DNA of 64,000 nucleotides, taken from positions 49,662,001-49,726,000 of the forward strand of contig OZ320323.1 of the NCBI GenBank assembly GCA_976226885.1, read 5' to 3'. Shown piece after piece: positions 36,661 to 49,446 of this stretch (its first letter is position 1; the number at the start of each line of letters is the position of its first letter). The notes under the pieces were generated by a model. It worked only from the letters and a program-made list of their open reading frames with translations, had not been told where the DNA came from and did no database searches. The position numbers and the translations under genes are program-made. The stretch comes from Iphione sp. A-MEVVRFRX5. Taxonomy: Eukaryota.

Positions 36661-37446
36661 AGTAGTACAGAAAAGTGGGTCGTGCGCGGACAACTCCACG
36701 TAAACCTGCCCGGGTGTATAATTCCCCCAGCACTGAACTGTGTTTAGAGCAGACCAACCGTTTAAAAAAATAATATCTACGTCATAAGGAGATTCAGGGA
36801 GAGGAGTCCACATAGGCGGCAAGTGGCTACTGAAAGCATCGAGCAACTAACAACCCGGACTGAATAAAGAACGTGTACTCCTTTGTATGTGATACATGTA
36901 TATACAGTCCAAAGCCGATACATTGTATCTGTGAGCGATGTGCCTTATGCGACCACTTGTGCTGGGAATGGAGGGGTGGTTGCAAATAGGCATTCTACTG
37001 CATATGCACGTGTACATGCATGTAGATAGGGATGCATTCGCAGATGAGGCGTGTGCAACTTTGTTTTCATAATTGATTAAGTAGAAGAAGAGTAGCGAGA
37101 AGAGGAGGGAGAGACGGTCGGTTGTGGTCACTGGTTTGTGAGGACTGGGGAATTCTATACACATGCACGGGTTGCTCTCTTGGTAAGCTACGCAAACACG
37201 TTCTGACACACATAATTATATGAACATGTATAATGTATTCAACTTATATTGGCAGGAAGAAACGTACATGAATATTTCAGGACGAGAAAGGGGTGACCCG
37301 TCACCTATACTTAAATCAAAAACAGAAGAAAAATCTCTGTATCTGCATACATCTGGGACGCACAGTAAGCAAGGAATATGGTTTTTTTTTCTCATCAGTT
37401 CTCTCTCATTTTTGTCCTGAATATTGCACTGGAACTGTCTCCTTAC

Positions 37447-37648
37447 CTGCTCAGTATTGTGAAATCGTCATCAAGAGAGAGCAGGAAGTCTCGCGTGCTC
37501 TCGGCGTCCAGGTCACCGCCGTAATCCTCGCGAGAGGACGCGCGTCGCCGCCGTAGCTCCCCCTGGCGGTCTCCGTCACTACTCAGACTGCTGACCAGAC
37601 GGTCTTTGCGCTTGAGCTGGCTGAGGCTAGTCAGCTGGTCCGTGAATT
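37447..37648 (-). CDS. RASEF: Second exon of distal EF-hand module A (EFTDQLTSLSQLKRKDRLV...RDFLLSLDDDFTILS), phase 1-2
   Basis: Strong acceptor ctcttttttctgcag and donor CAG|gtaagg; 202 nt open; ends in phase 2 like exon 30865. Confidence 0.88.
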
Positions 37649-38139
37649 CTGCAGAAAAAAAGAGAGGAAGAGGATACTCATTTTAACCGTAAGACACAGA
37701 GGTCATTACAGACAACGCGACTTAAGCTGGCTGAGAAAGGTCAGCTTGTCTAAAATAAAATAATTTGAAGAATAGTCATTGTAACAGTACCGAAAGGAAG
37801 GTACGTGTACATGGATTTAATAAAAAATACTATTTGGCTGGTTAATTCCGGTGAACTGGTCGACGAAAGTTAATAGACGAGAGATTTTAGAAATAATTGA
37901 CCCAAATGCTGTATACTGATTTTGTTGAAAGATAAACAAACAGAGGGACATCTAATGAAAATAAAATAAGAGATAATAGGCATATAGGCGGAAAAATTCC
38001 GTCAAGAAAATATATGTTCGATACCATACTGGGTAGCACTAGAGCTCAAAATGCGACACGAGACTACTAAGGTGGCTAATTTCCTAGAGAAACCTGGAGA
38101 GTGGGAGTGAGGTGCGGACGAGAAAATCGAAGACCAGAC

Positions 38140-38365
38140 CTTTAAATCCCTCGGAGAACTCGGTGATGGAGATCCGGCCGTCGCCATCTTTGTCCAGTTC
38201 CCGGAAGACGTCGGCGACTTCGTCGGCCGACAGGTCCGTACAGAACGACGCCAACTCGCTCTCGTCGATGAACCCTGACCCGTCAAGGTCACACGCCGAG
38301 AAGAGCTCCCCCAGGCGGTTGGGCGACGAAACACAGGGGCTCGACGTCACCGCTTTGAACGCCAT
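38140..38365 (-). CDS. RASEF: RASEF distal first coding exon, EF-hand pair A (loops DLDGSGFIDESE, DKDGDGRISITE), phase 1
   Basis: GCAAGATGG start 5 nt after acceptor ttaacgtccag; 75 codons; donor AAG|gtctgg (weak consensus, but phase matches exon 37648). Confidence 0.88.
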
Positions 38366-38462
38366 CTTGCCTGGACGTTAAAAATGATGTCGCCTGGAGT
38401 CCAGTAAAACGACCCGCACTGTGTCGTGGTCTAGGATGAACTCCTGCTTCACTAAACTTTAC

Positions 38463-38802
38463 CTCTTGACCTTTTGACCTTGAGGTGGTAATCTACATCT
38501 TTCCCACCGCATTCCTTTCATGATTCCGACTCCATGTTTTCGTTGCATTCTCTACGCAGGGTCGCCCATCGTTGACGTGTACTGTATCTCCCGGCTGAGG
38601 GGCAATTTAGGAAACAGAAAATTGTCAGCTACAGCGCGCTGAGAACTGTGGGAGTCTCTCTTCTATATCTCTTATGATTCACATGCGTCGCTCTCTGTTG
38701 TTTTCTTTCCTGACTGCTCTCCGGAGGACAGTTCTATATTTGGTATCGTAGGTGGATGTGGGTCTCCTCTCCTCTGTTCTTGCCAGGCCGTCGCTTCCTG
38801 AC
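38463..38802 (-). other. Probable non-coding 5'UTR exon of the EF-A isoform
   Basis: Acceptor cttttcattttcag, donor GAG|gtaaag, 92-nt intron to 38370; stop in the frame continuous with the CDS. Confidence 0.5.
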
Positions 38803-38969
38803 CTGAAAATGAAAAGATTACAGATCGTCATTGATCTATAAAAAAACGCCTTCACACAGCCCCTATCTCCTACATGTACCAAGGACTTCTCATTGTATAC
38901 CTGACTTGTACTTTAATTGAAATATTGATTTCAATTTCAGCAGTGTGGACTCTCATTGTGGACAGATGC

Positions 38970-39378
38970 AAGCTGAAGGTTGTCATTCACACTAAACTCC
39001 GGCACACACATAGGGAGATGCCAACTGAAGAATCCCTGTGACAGTAAACTCAGGCACACAGAAAGAGATGCCAACTGATGCTTGCTTTCCACAGGAAACT
39101 CAGGCACACATAGAGAGAGATGCCAACCAAAGCTTCCCTTTGATAGTAAACTCAGGCACACATAGAGAGAGATGCCAACCGAAGCTTCCCTTTGATAGTA
39201 AACTCAGGCACACAGAGAGAGAAATGCCAACCAAAGCTTCCCTTTGATAGTAAACTCAGGCACACAGAGAGAGAGATGCCAACCGAAGCTTCCCTTTGAT
39301 AGTAAACTCAGGCACACATAGAGAGAGATGCCAACCGAAGCTTCCCTTGGATAGTAAACTCAGGCACACAGAGAGAAG
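38970..39378. repeat. ~52-bp minisatellite, ~8 copies
   Basis: AGTAAACTCAGGCACACA(T/G)AGAGAGAGATGCCAACC(G/A)AAGCTTCCCTTTGAT repeated head-to-tail. Confidence 0.95.
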
Positions 39379-39760
39379 CCAAAGTTGTCCCCTGACATAA
39401 GTAAAAACGAAAGAGAATTATTGCCACGTCAAAAATTATACTACATAAGTAAAACGCAGTCCATAAAAAGAGTAGACAGTTATATAAGTGAAACTCTCAC
39501 CCCGGGGGGCGCAGTCACCAGTATTCAATACCTACCTCCTACACTGATTAAACGGGGATACCTCAAACTCGCGATCTACCTACACGTAACTAAAACGGGG
39601 ACCCCCCCCCCCCCCCGCCCAGCTGTGCAGTAATGTTTATATACATGAATACATTCGATGCTGATGTGACACTCGAGCGTTAATCCCCTTCTAAGCGGAT
39701 TAACCTAATTCGTCAAGTGCCAGCCACACACATTGGTTGGTTCTCCTCTCACAGACTTAC

Positions 39761-39970
39761 CTGTATGTTATAAGCTGTAATGAACACCTGACAGCAAGTC
39801 GCTCATTTTCAAGTGACGCGCTCTTCGATTCTTACATAAACATGTCAGTAAGCGAATGTTCCCTGTAAAGAATCACTTCCCCCCACCCCCAGGCCAATTG
39901 TAAACCCCGCCAAGAACTGGGTACGGCTCGGGGGCCGGAAGGGGGGAGGGCGGGGAGGGGGGGGGGGGTG
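39761..39970 (-). promoter_or_regulatory. Candidate promoter and non-coding first exon for the EF-A isoform
   Basis: Strong donor ACAG|gtaagt at 39760; upstream G-run with GGGCGGGG and CCGGAAG motifs (39931-39968). Confidence 0.4.
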
Positions 39971-40689
39971 TTCCCGATGGTGTGATACAGGTGTTAGTTA
40001 TCCAATCCACAGTCAGGTGTCAATATGCTAATGAGCGGTACGGGCGAGTGCGTCAAGTTAATGATAATGGTGCAAGTCCAGCTTCAAGCCTGAAGTCAGC
40101 AGGGTATGGGTTAAACCGATGAGGCGTGAAGACTATCGGTATGTTATGTAGACATGTGGGTGGGTGAAAAAAAACACAACATATGGCGTAGTTATTGTCA
40201 AGAATTGCGTGTAACTGTTATCATTATCATATGGTTTATGGTTGCCCGCCAGCCAATGACGACATCCGCGAGATGGGTTATCTGACGGAAAACAACTCGA
40301 GAAAAGCGATGCACACACAGACATGTTAACAGCCAAACACACGCACAGTCATACAGACTTCTTCAGAATTTGATGCTTCAGTAGAAACTAATCTATAGTG
40401 TAGATACAGGAGCCTGTGTCTAAATTGTGTCTAAATTGTATTATTCTTATTGTGTGTCTGTGTGTGTGTTTTGCCTTCGTGGTGGGGATTGGGAGAATTT
40501 TGATGACAGCGACCTTGTGCACACATACACACACACGCGCAAACGATTATATGCATATGTAATAGTGTATCGCCCAAGTGGCACGGTGTCCATTCCGCAA
40601 ACTCGACACGTGAGCCTGAGAAGTACCCAGTTGACAAACCGCCTGAAAGGAGAAACCTGATGGAAGGGAGTAACAAATAAAAAAAAATG

Positions 40690-41930
40690 GCGAAGAGTCA
40701 AATGAAGACTAATAAGAGAGCTCGAGGCAGAATGACACAGGCAGAGAGACAAACAGCAGACTACAAGGAGAGAGAGTGTGTGTGGGGGGGGGTGTAACGA
40801 GAGAGTAAATGAGGTGATGGTGGCAGAAAGATAAAGACACAAAAGACAGTGTGAGGGACACAGTGAGAGAGGGTATACAAACACAAAAGAGAGTACGAGG
40901 GAGGTGAGGAAAGTAATGAGAGAGTAAACAATGGGTTGGTGACAGGAAGATAAAGACACAGTGAGAGACAGGTGATAAAGACACAAAAGGCCAGAATGAG
41001 GGACATATTGAGAGTCAAGGTATATAGACATAAAAGACAGTATGAGGGAGGTACACGAGGTGATGTTGACAGGAAGAGAAGAGCGCAGTGAGAGACAGTG
41101 ATGAGGCTAAATTTCCATGCATTCATAGGCATCTAATCATGTTTGGGTGTGTATTTCCACTGTGAAAAATTTAATTTGATAACCACTGTATACATGTCTT
41201 GAAGCATCTTGTCATTGTGTATTTGTTTTACACATATACTGTTAAGCATACATCTCAAAAAAGCATGCCAAGAACATGCACCATATTCACAATGAAATGG
41301 AACAATTCCCGTTCTGAAAACACAGTACACGCAGACATGTTACATGCTTCACGGCCCATGCCTACATGGATACATGCATGTATATTCGTGTACTCCCTAA
41401 TAACACACTGCAAATATGCCTACATGCCTCCTGGTGACATGTATACATGAAAATGTAGCCTAGGGACAGTGTGAGGGAGGTGACAGGGAGCTGTGGCTAA
41501 GAGAGGACATGCAGAGGGCAAAGACAATGTGCATGGGAGCAGGCGAGGACAACACGAGAGCGCCTTGAATTATTGATAAGAGAAAGGTGAGAAACGGTGA
41601 ACTCTGAGAGCGAGTAATGACAGGGTAGGGGAGAGATGAGAGAGAACGTTGATCAGACATGAAGATGAAAGGAGAGTGACAGAGATGAAAGACAACAATT
41701 GAAAGGTGTCTAAGAGGAGAGAGAATAATGGGGGGGGGCATGAGAAAGGTGACACGGAACACTGACAAGATTGACAGCAGATGACTGATGAGGAAAGGAC
41801 AGAGAACGATACAAGAATGTCACAAAAAAGACAAGGAACAAAGAGGAAAGGACTGAGAAGCAGGAGAGACACTGAGAGGGTGTAAAACAGGTGATAGGAT
41901 GACATGATAGAAGGCAATAAAGGCAAAAAT
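40690..41930. repeat. Two degenerate purine-rich low-complexity tracts (40690-41100, 41460-41930)
   Basis: Recurrent GACAGTG(A/T)GAG, GATAAAGACAC, GACAGG motifs. Confidence 0.7.
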
Positions 41931-43623
41931 CGCAGCGGAATAGACTAAATCCAGAATGCATGGCCAACCCCTATAATATTATACAGTCAACTTTTGCTTA
42001 GGAGGCTGGCTGTGAAACTGGACAAATCTGGCTCTTTGGGCGTCTGGTCTTCTCTGTGGTTTCTTTTTACATTATAAAAAGTATACTCTTGTTTCTATCA
42101 AAATTCTATCTCTCCCTAGGTCAGGTCTCCCCTGTGATCTGGTCTTCAACTAAGAGTCGACCGTATGTATGTTTGTGGATGCATACCTTAAAGGAGTTCT
42201 AAAATAAAGATTTCATCCCGGTTTTAAACCTCCCCCCACCTCCCTTTCTTTAAATTACCGACCTGACCTGGGAGAGCCCTTTACCGGAATTGTTGAACCT
42301 TCACAAATACACGTACGTTCGAACTGCCACCTTTACTCCTTAAGAACAATTCTGGGATCATCGAGCAGATTTTCGCACGCTCCGTGGTTGTTGGTGTGTT
42401 ACAGACCGGCAAAATAAAAAGGTTTTAGCTACAATTCTAAATAAATGACTACATGTAAAACGCTACGAAAAATGCAGAAACATGTTAGTTACAGTTATAT
42501 TATCCATAACGTGGCACGTGTACAAGCAGCTGTGTTCATTTTTTTCAAGTGCAAACAGTGACTATTTAGGAAAGGGCGCATCTCGCCATGTTTGTCTGGG
42601 TGTGCCGATGACACCTGCCGACTAGCCTGAAACATTCAATTCAATTCAATTGTTTATCTCCACTTCTCAAGCTTACAAGTACTAAGGTCTTCCAGTGAAA
42701 TGTAACATCTTAAATTAATCAGAAAGTTAGGTAAAAAAAGAGATTTTAAGTAGTACATGTGATTGAGAAGGAGGTAAGGACATAACATGTTAGACATGAT
42801 ACGCACAGAATTATTATTCATCTCGTGGGTTTAAAATCCGTCCGTTTAGCCCAATGGATAGGACAATGTAAACAAACGGGTTTTCCAAAGGTCGAAGAGG
42901 GACCTACGAGGTCTATTGTCCCCCGCCTGCTGTTCAGTCTAGTGGAACTTATACATGTAGTTTACGCTTGGTTGAGCATGTCTCTATATTCTCTTATAAA
43001 CATGTCCCTTATATTAAGTTTTTGACATCCTTTGAAACACGTGTATAAAAAAATAAGGTAGTAGCATAATATGTCAATATAGGAAGGCACCGTACAAAAA
43101 TATCAGTTCATTTTACGAAAGGGCATTGAAGTTATAACGACCACAAAGTGCATGACATGGGGTCAAACGGCCATACAACTGTCCCCCCCCCAAAACACAC
43201 ATACATCTCTGTGGGGCAGGCCACAAAAAGCATTTACGAAAGTTTGGTACCAAATATCCTCATTATAGAACATTTCTTAAATGTGAAAACACGTTTTCTG
43301 GCCAATGCAAGCAATTACGTTCTGTTGTTCAAATTTAAACACTGATAACCGTCATAAAACATCAAGGTAAGACTATTTATATGTTCTTCACTCAAATAGT
43401 AGTATAAATAATAAAAGGTCTAGTTATGTCATCTAGTCGGTACCATTCAAAGTAAAACATTATCCTCTACCGACACGTAGACACAGCCATCCGTGTCTAA
43501 TTAGCATTAAATGGAATGAAATGACAGTGGGAGTGTCTGACGGTTGTCCTTACATGACAGAGGTGGGCCCAAAATAGCTGTTAAGTGCTGGTGTAAGATG
43601 AACAATTCTTATACATGTACATG

Positions 43624-44103
43624 AAAAGAGTGTGGACCTGCCAGGTCTATTGTCCCCCGCCATCCAGTGGTCATTTCATGCTTGATTGCACCCCTTGGTC
43701 AGACAGCCTTCTTGCCCAAATAGCGAGGGGGTGGTCGGGGGGAGAAGGGGGAGGGGGGATGTAAACCCTTGCATGTCCTAAAGTGATCAATTAACTGTGT
43801 GCTTCATTGTGTGTGTGTACTGTTAGACTTAGAAATTCCCAGACTAGGTACATGTATATCGGCTTATTGATGTGTTGGCGAAAGAACGAATTAACTTAAT
43901 TTAACATGTATATCACTTGAATAACTACCAAAATTACCTAGTTCTATGAGTTCATATGGATGAGCATCATTTACCAAAATCAGTTCATTTGGCCAAAGGA
44001 TTTATAATACCCAAAGGAGTTATAATACCCACAAGACTGATAGGTCAGACAGTTGGCCTGCAGTACTGCTAGCCCCCACCATCTCTGTAAGGTGGGGAAC
44101 AAA
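43624..44103 (-). mobile_element. HINE/DINE-1-like element, copy D
   Basis: AAGAGTGTGGACCTGCCAGGTCTATTGTCCCCCGCC...TCATTTCATGCTTGATTGCACC...CTAGCCCCCACC...GGTGGGGAACAA. Confidence 0.7.
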
Positions 44104-44760
44104 AGCATAAGAAACTTGGCCCAATTGATAATACATGTACGTGTACATGGACGGTAAGCTTAGCATTGACAGGGTGTCCATTACTAACCAGCAGAATGGA
44201 CGGATCTCCAGACACTGTTACTACGGATGATTTATTTTTACTACTTGTGACGTCAGAAAAGAGGTTCCGCCAATCAACTTGCTGTATTTCACAATTGTAG
44301 CGTCATTTTTGACGTTGTTACGTGAGGAGCCACTTGGTCAACTGACGGTATGTCTTAATGATACAGAAACACATTGTTTTGAAATACGACTGTGCAAATG
44401 GACTCTCTCATTGGTAAAGCCTGAAATATTCATCATTGCTGCCCTTTCACTGACTGTCGTGGCATCATGTGGACGTCGTTACTTCAGGAGGCGATCGTTA
44501 AATTAAAAAGTCATAACTGTTTATTCTTTAAGCATTTCTTCAATGGGTTCAATGTACATGTATATGTGCCTCTCTACTACAGACAGCAAAAGGGACTGGC
44601 CACAAACTGTCCATAAAAAAGGATGTCTGCAATAGCCGGAAGATTTAACCGTGAATACTTAAACTTAGTTCTATCTCCAGCCTGTTCATAAAGTGGCATG
44701 TCCTGATTAGAGTGTTGTCCGGGTGATGTCTGAGCTCTCAGTGATATGCATATGTATATA

Positions 44761-44935
44761 CAATAGCAACTCAGAATTTAGACCACCAATGAGATCAGAC
44801 AATGTTGTCCTTAACTGTGAATTACCCTTCTAACTTAATTGATTATATCATAGAGAACAAACCATTGGGACCAACGAAACTTGCCCTTAATCTTCAGTTG
44901 CCCTTCCAATTGAGATGCCCACAAGGTGAGTTGCT
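44761..44935. mobile_element. MITE family A, copy 4
   Basis: CAATAGCAACTCAGAATTTAGACCACC...ACAAGGTGAGTTGC; colinear with 3355-3532. Confidence 0.8.
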
Positions 44936-45486
44936 TAGATTAGTGCAGTTTACAACTTAATTCATCGAACTGTATTAACACAGGAAAGGGTGGAGGATCT
45001 ACAAAATGACGTAGATACCGCCAGTTGTTGGAAACAATTGTTATAATATTATGGTACTTTTTATCAACGGAAACATGTCTGAACCCAATGTGAGGAGTAT
45101 TCTGAAGTAAGGGATACGGATGGTCATTCATATCCAGACAAAAAGCCTCCCTTGAGGTGTACCACCTGAAGTGGTGAGGTTTTTAAAGTACTGATCACTG
45201 AAAGTCCTGAGGTTTGACTTAGGTTTGTCAGTGCACTACTGTATGCACTGACTTGCTGCACTACATCTATGTAAGATGTGCACTACCTGAAACACAGGGC
45301 TGTTCTTTGGCAGTGAACTCACCTACTGTGCGAGTTCAACATACATGACATACATTACTTCCTTGTGGGTATTTCATCAAAGTCCATGTACAATCAACTC
45401 TTGGTTTAGAAGACCAAGTGTGAGACTGAAGGAATCGTGCCTCTTTTGCAGTCTGGTCTCCTTTGAACACACACATTCTCACTCTC

Positions 45487-45489
<3 letters not shown>

Positions 45490-45544
<55 letters not shown>
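45490..45544. repeat. (CT)n microsatellite
   Basis: Long perfect TC run. Confidence 0.95.
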
Positions 45545-45547
<3 letters not shown>

Positions 45548-48130
45548 TTCTCTCTATATACTATATTTAGTTCTGTGATAAGTCGGTCCCTTCCTCAGAC
45601 TGGTCTCTTCTGTGATTTGGTCTTTATGGGGCCTTTTACCTGAATACCTTGTCTGAAATGGCAATGCTGGAATTTACAGTATTTTCAGAGAAACATACCT
45701 GAATGAATCACATGTAGATGTCCAGGTTGAGGAAGACATTATAGAAACCTATTGGTTAATGCATGTATTTCTATTGGAATCCCTCCAAGAAGGGTTGGCT
45801 TCACACAAATTGCATGCTTTAGCTTTATGATCAGACACATGTGACGATGTTTGTTAAACTCAAGGTTTGCTCACAAAGGGACTCATGTCAACACACCCGT
45901 TAGCGTGAAGAATGCACACATGTAAATGGGCCCTAACTGAGACTTAATTGCAAATTTGAAACCAGCTAACGACAGTGATTATGATAATGAATACAATGGT
46001 CTAGTTGATTTCTGAGAAGCCTTATATAAGCATTCATTTCAATTAAATCATTAACTATATGCTAATTTATGGGTTATGTCTAGGTGATGAATATGTTGAT
46101 GGGCACTCTCAATGCCTCTGTATGGTGCAGTATAGAATTGGTGTGGGTGAGCTGTTTATCATATACCGTTAGTTTCATTTTCGATCAAAAAGTAAAGCTA
46201 TTTAGTACCGAGAAAACCATTAACCGACAAGTAACAGTATCAAGAATTATTTCTAAATGAATAAATCCAATTTAATCACTAACCAGTGCTAAATGGCTGA
46301 ACATCCTGTCGACTGAAAATTATTACATGCTAGAATAAATAGGAACAGACATGCTCACAATGAAAATAATAATAATAACAACAACAACAACAACAACAAC
46401 TGTTTCTTGTCTCAATCTCTCATACATGGGTAGACGCTTTTAAGATTGCGACAATGGTTTCCTATTTTAAGGTCCAGGGCATTATCTTAAACAGGCAGTG
46501 TTTTCAATTGCTATTAACTTCTTTAAAATAGCACCCCTTGAATGACTTCGCCCATGATAATCATTCCTTTCCGTCGCTTTAGTCTGCGGATATACGCTTT
46601 TAAATTAAGCAATGGATTAATCAGACAAAGGCTCTTAAAAGCCATCTACTTAACAGCTGTCGTGTCTAGAACGGGGGGAGTATATACATTGTATACTATA
46701 TAAAGATGGGGGTGCCTTTCATGTCCCCGAACTGGGACTGCAAATGCCCACCTCACGGGGGAATTAGGTTCTAACTGAATACTGTCTGTTTACATGGCTA
46801 CTTAAGATGTTATTAGCTAGAAATAGGGCTACTTTGTCAGATGCATCTGACGCTTGTTTCGTGCATCGTAAAATGGGTAAATTATCCGTTTCAATTGCGT
46901 GAGACATTTTCTTCATGCACGTGTTTCATGCGATCTGTTCATTTACGACTTATTCTGGTTTTGTCATTCCGTAAAACCAAATTACCAGCATGTTTTTCTC
47001 CTCATATGTGAGTGTAACAAAAAAACATGTTAATTCGAGCGAGGCACTGTATACAACAAGCCACAAAAGAAGTTTATTGTCAACTTCTGACTCGGCATAT
47101 GCTGGTCCCTATAACTGGCTAATAAATCATAATATAATCATTGCTTGGCTAATTGGATAACTTAGATCACATCCCTTCAATAAGTTTTGTCTAACTTGAA
47201 TATTTTGCTTTAGAAAAAATAAATGTGTTTGTTAAAGTTAAAGTCTGGGGGCAGCCATGATTAATTAGTCGTCATTATACTGTGAAGGTGAGTTTCCGAA
47301 TAGGGAATCACACTTGAGTAAATTATTCATCTAGTGAATGTGTGTACAAAATCACCTATCACATAGGACTCTATCCTTAACGTTAACCCTAGCCCTTAAC
47401 CCTGTCGCGACAATTAGGAATGGGTGAATTACTCCCCATTTTCTAGCCCGGCTCTTCTGCAGACCTGACTTGTTGTTCTGTAATTGACGATCCAAATTGT
47501 AACAATCAGAGATATTAACACCACTGAACCCTAGTGGATATATACACAAATACCCGTCGTCTCATAGAAATACATCAAGGTTCAGTATACGAACGAGTTT
47601 AAAGCAACTTTCATCGTGGATTCATCTTAAATCCATAATTATTCAGTATTTGCCATGTGATCTCGATCGCCGTGCATGCTTTGGATGTATCAAACTGAAA
47701 TTGAAAGAAGAAATGACAAAAAAACACTGAATATGTAGTTCTAAAATCATTTCTAAGTAAGGTGGTTATATATAATCTGGAAAGGGATGTATGTGCATAT
47801 GTATACCTGTACTATTTCGTAAAAGTTTTTAAAACGGAGGTTTTTTTTGTTCCTTAATACAAGTGAACAGCATGTCAAGGTATATCCCTGTGTAGGACTG
47901 GGTGTTCTATTCTGTATTTACATGTACATGTATTAGAACCTCCCAGCTGTCGACATACTAGTTTCCTGTGAAAGTTCCCCTATTTAGGAGATGACCCATT
48001 CTAAGCCATAACATGATCCTGTTCTGGCCACTAGTGTCCCCCTACCTTGGGTGTCCCCAACCATGATGTTCTATTGTCGATTTATTTAAACATTATCTCC
48101 GTGTACGTTTCTTTATAGGGAAGTGGGCTA

Positions 48131-48275
48131 NNNNNNNNNNNNNNNNNNNNNNNNNNNNNNNNNNNNNNNNNNNNNNNNNNNNNNNNNNNNNNNNNNNNNN
48201 NNNNNNNNNNNNNNNNNNNNNNNNNNNNNNNNNNNNNNNNNNNNNNNNNNNNNNNNNNNNNNNNNNNNNNNNNNN
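48131..48275. other. Assembly gap (N run)
   Basis: 145 Ns. Confidence 1.
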
Positions 48276-49446
48276 GAGACTTGCGTGTGTCTTCTATTTG
48301 TGGCTGTTTGCCCTACTATAAATTAACGAAGCGATCTCCCTAGTCACCTTATTATGAGTCAGGCAAGCTTGAAGTGATACATAGATACAAGGTCACATCT
48401 GATGTGGAATAAATTTTAGGATGAAGCCCTTTCCTCTAGAGATTCTCAATAGTTGAGTTTCCTCAGTCAGTTTTTTTTGACAAATCGGTTGTACCTCAAC
48501 AAGTAAGGAACATAGATATCGTCCACCAACACTTGATCTGGAATAGTTTCTTTCTGTACTCTGAACCGTTACTTCGTTAATTATTAAAGAGGTCGCCTTC
48601 TCAGAAGATTCCCAGTAAGCGGTAATACCCGTATTTCACGGCATGTAGTGTAGATTGTATGGATATAAAGTGTACCTACGGGTGAGAAACCCGACAGCTT
48701 ACTTTTGACAGATACCTCATTCCACAACACTGACAACAACAGATATTTCGTTCCGAAATTTAGACGAATGCTGACTCTAACGCTTTGCCACCACCTGAAA
48801 AGCGTATATACTTTGTCTCACTGAACTACTGTGAAGAATTCCCTCCTCTTACTGCCCAGATAAGTAACTAGCAAGGCGGTTCGAAAGAATCGACCGATAT
48901 ATACACGTATCCCTCTCGTGAGCTTTGACATACATGTATACCCCTTCGCACAGGTTCAAAGCAAACTTGAAAAAAAGAACGCGTGTACAACAATATTTAA
49001 ACGTAGAATCCGTGGCATTATGTGAGGGAATACAGTATGATTAATGATAAAGATGATGCTGCGAACGGAATTAATCTTTCTGTTTGGAGAGACGGTGTTG
49101 ACTTACCTGTGATCATTAAGTCGGTTGTGTGATGTGAATGAGACAGGTGGAGTGGAGAGTGGTGGTAGATTAAATGCTACTATTATGTGTGCCTGCGGGG
49201 GAAGGAGATCGAGGGGGGGAAGCGGAGGAGGAGGAGGACGAGGCGGGGGAAGGGGGGGGCATGATTATACAGAGATATATGTATACACATACATAATGAG
49301 ATAAGATGGGCTCAGTCGACAAGACGGAGCAAATATCGAGCCCACGCATCGGGTGATGAGTATCTGACAAAACCACTAAAACCGTCTTCTTGGACATAGA
49401 ACAAATACCACATTTTTTAGTCATTTTTCCCTACCCCGTGCATGTA

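Noticed and set aside
5375-39378. Tandem arrays as possible CRISPR arrays
   Set aside because: No unique spacers or cas genes; eukaryotic intron-containing DNA.
40447-41967. Leu/Ser/Cys-rich ORFs up to 194 aa
   Set aside because: Translations of purine/pyrimidine low-complexity repeats.
42838-42900. tRNA-like start (GTCCGTTTAGCCCAATGGATAGG, A-box-like)
   Set aside because: No B box, cloverleaf or acceptor stem.
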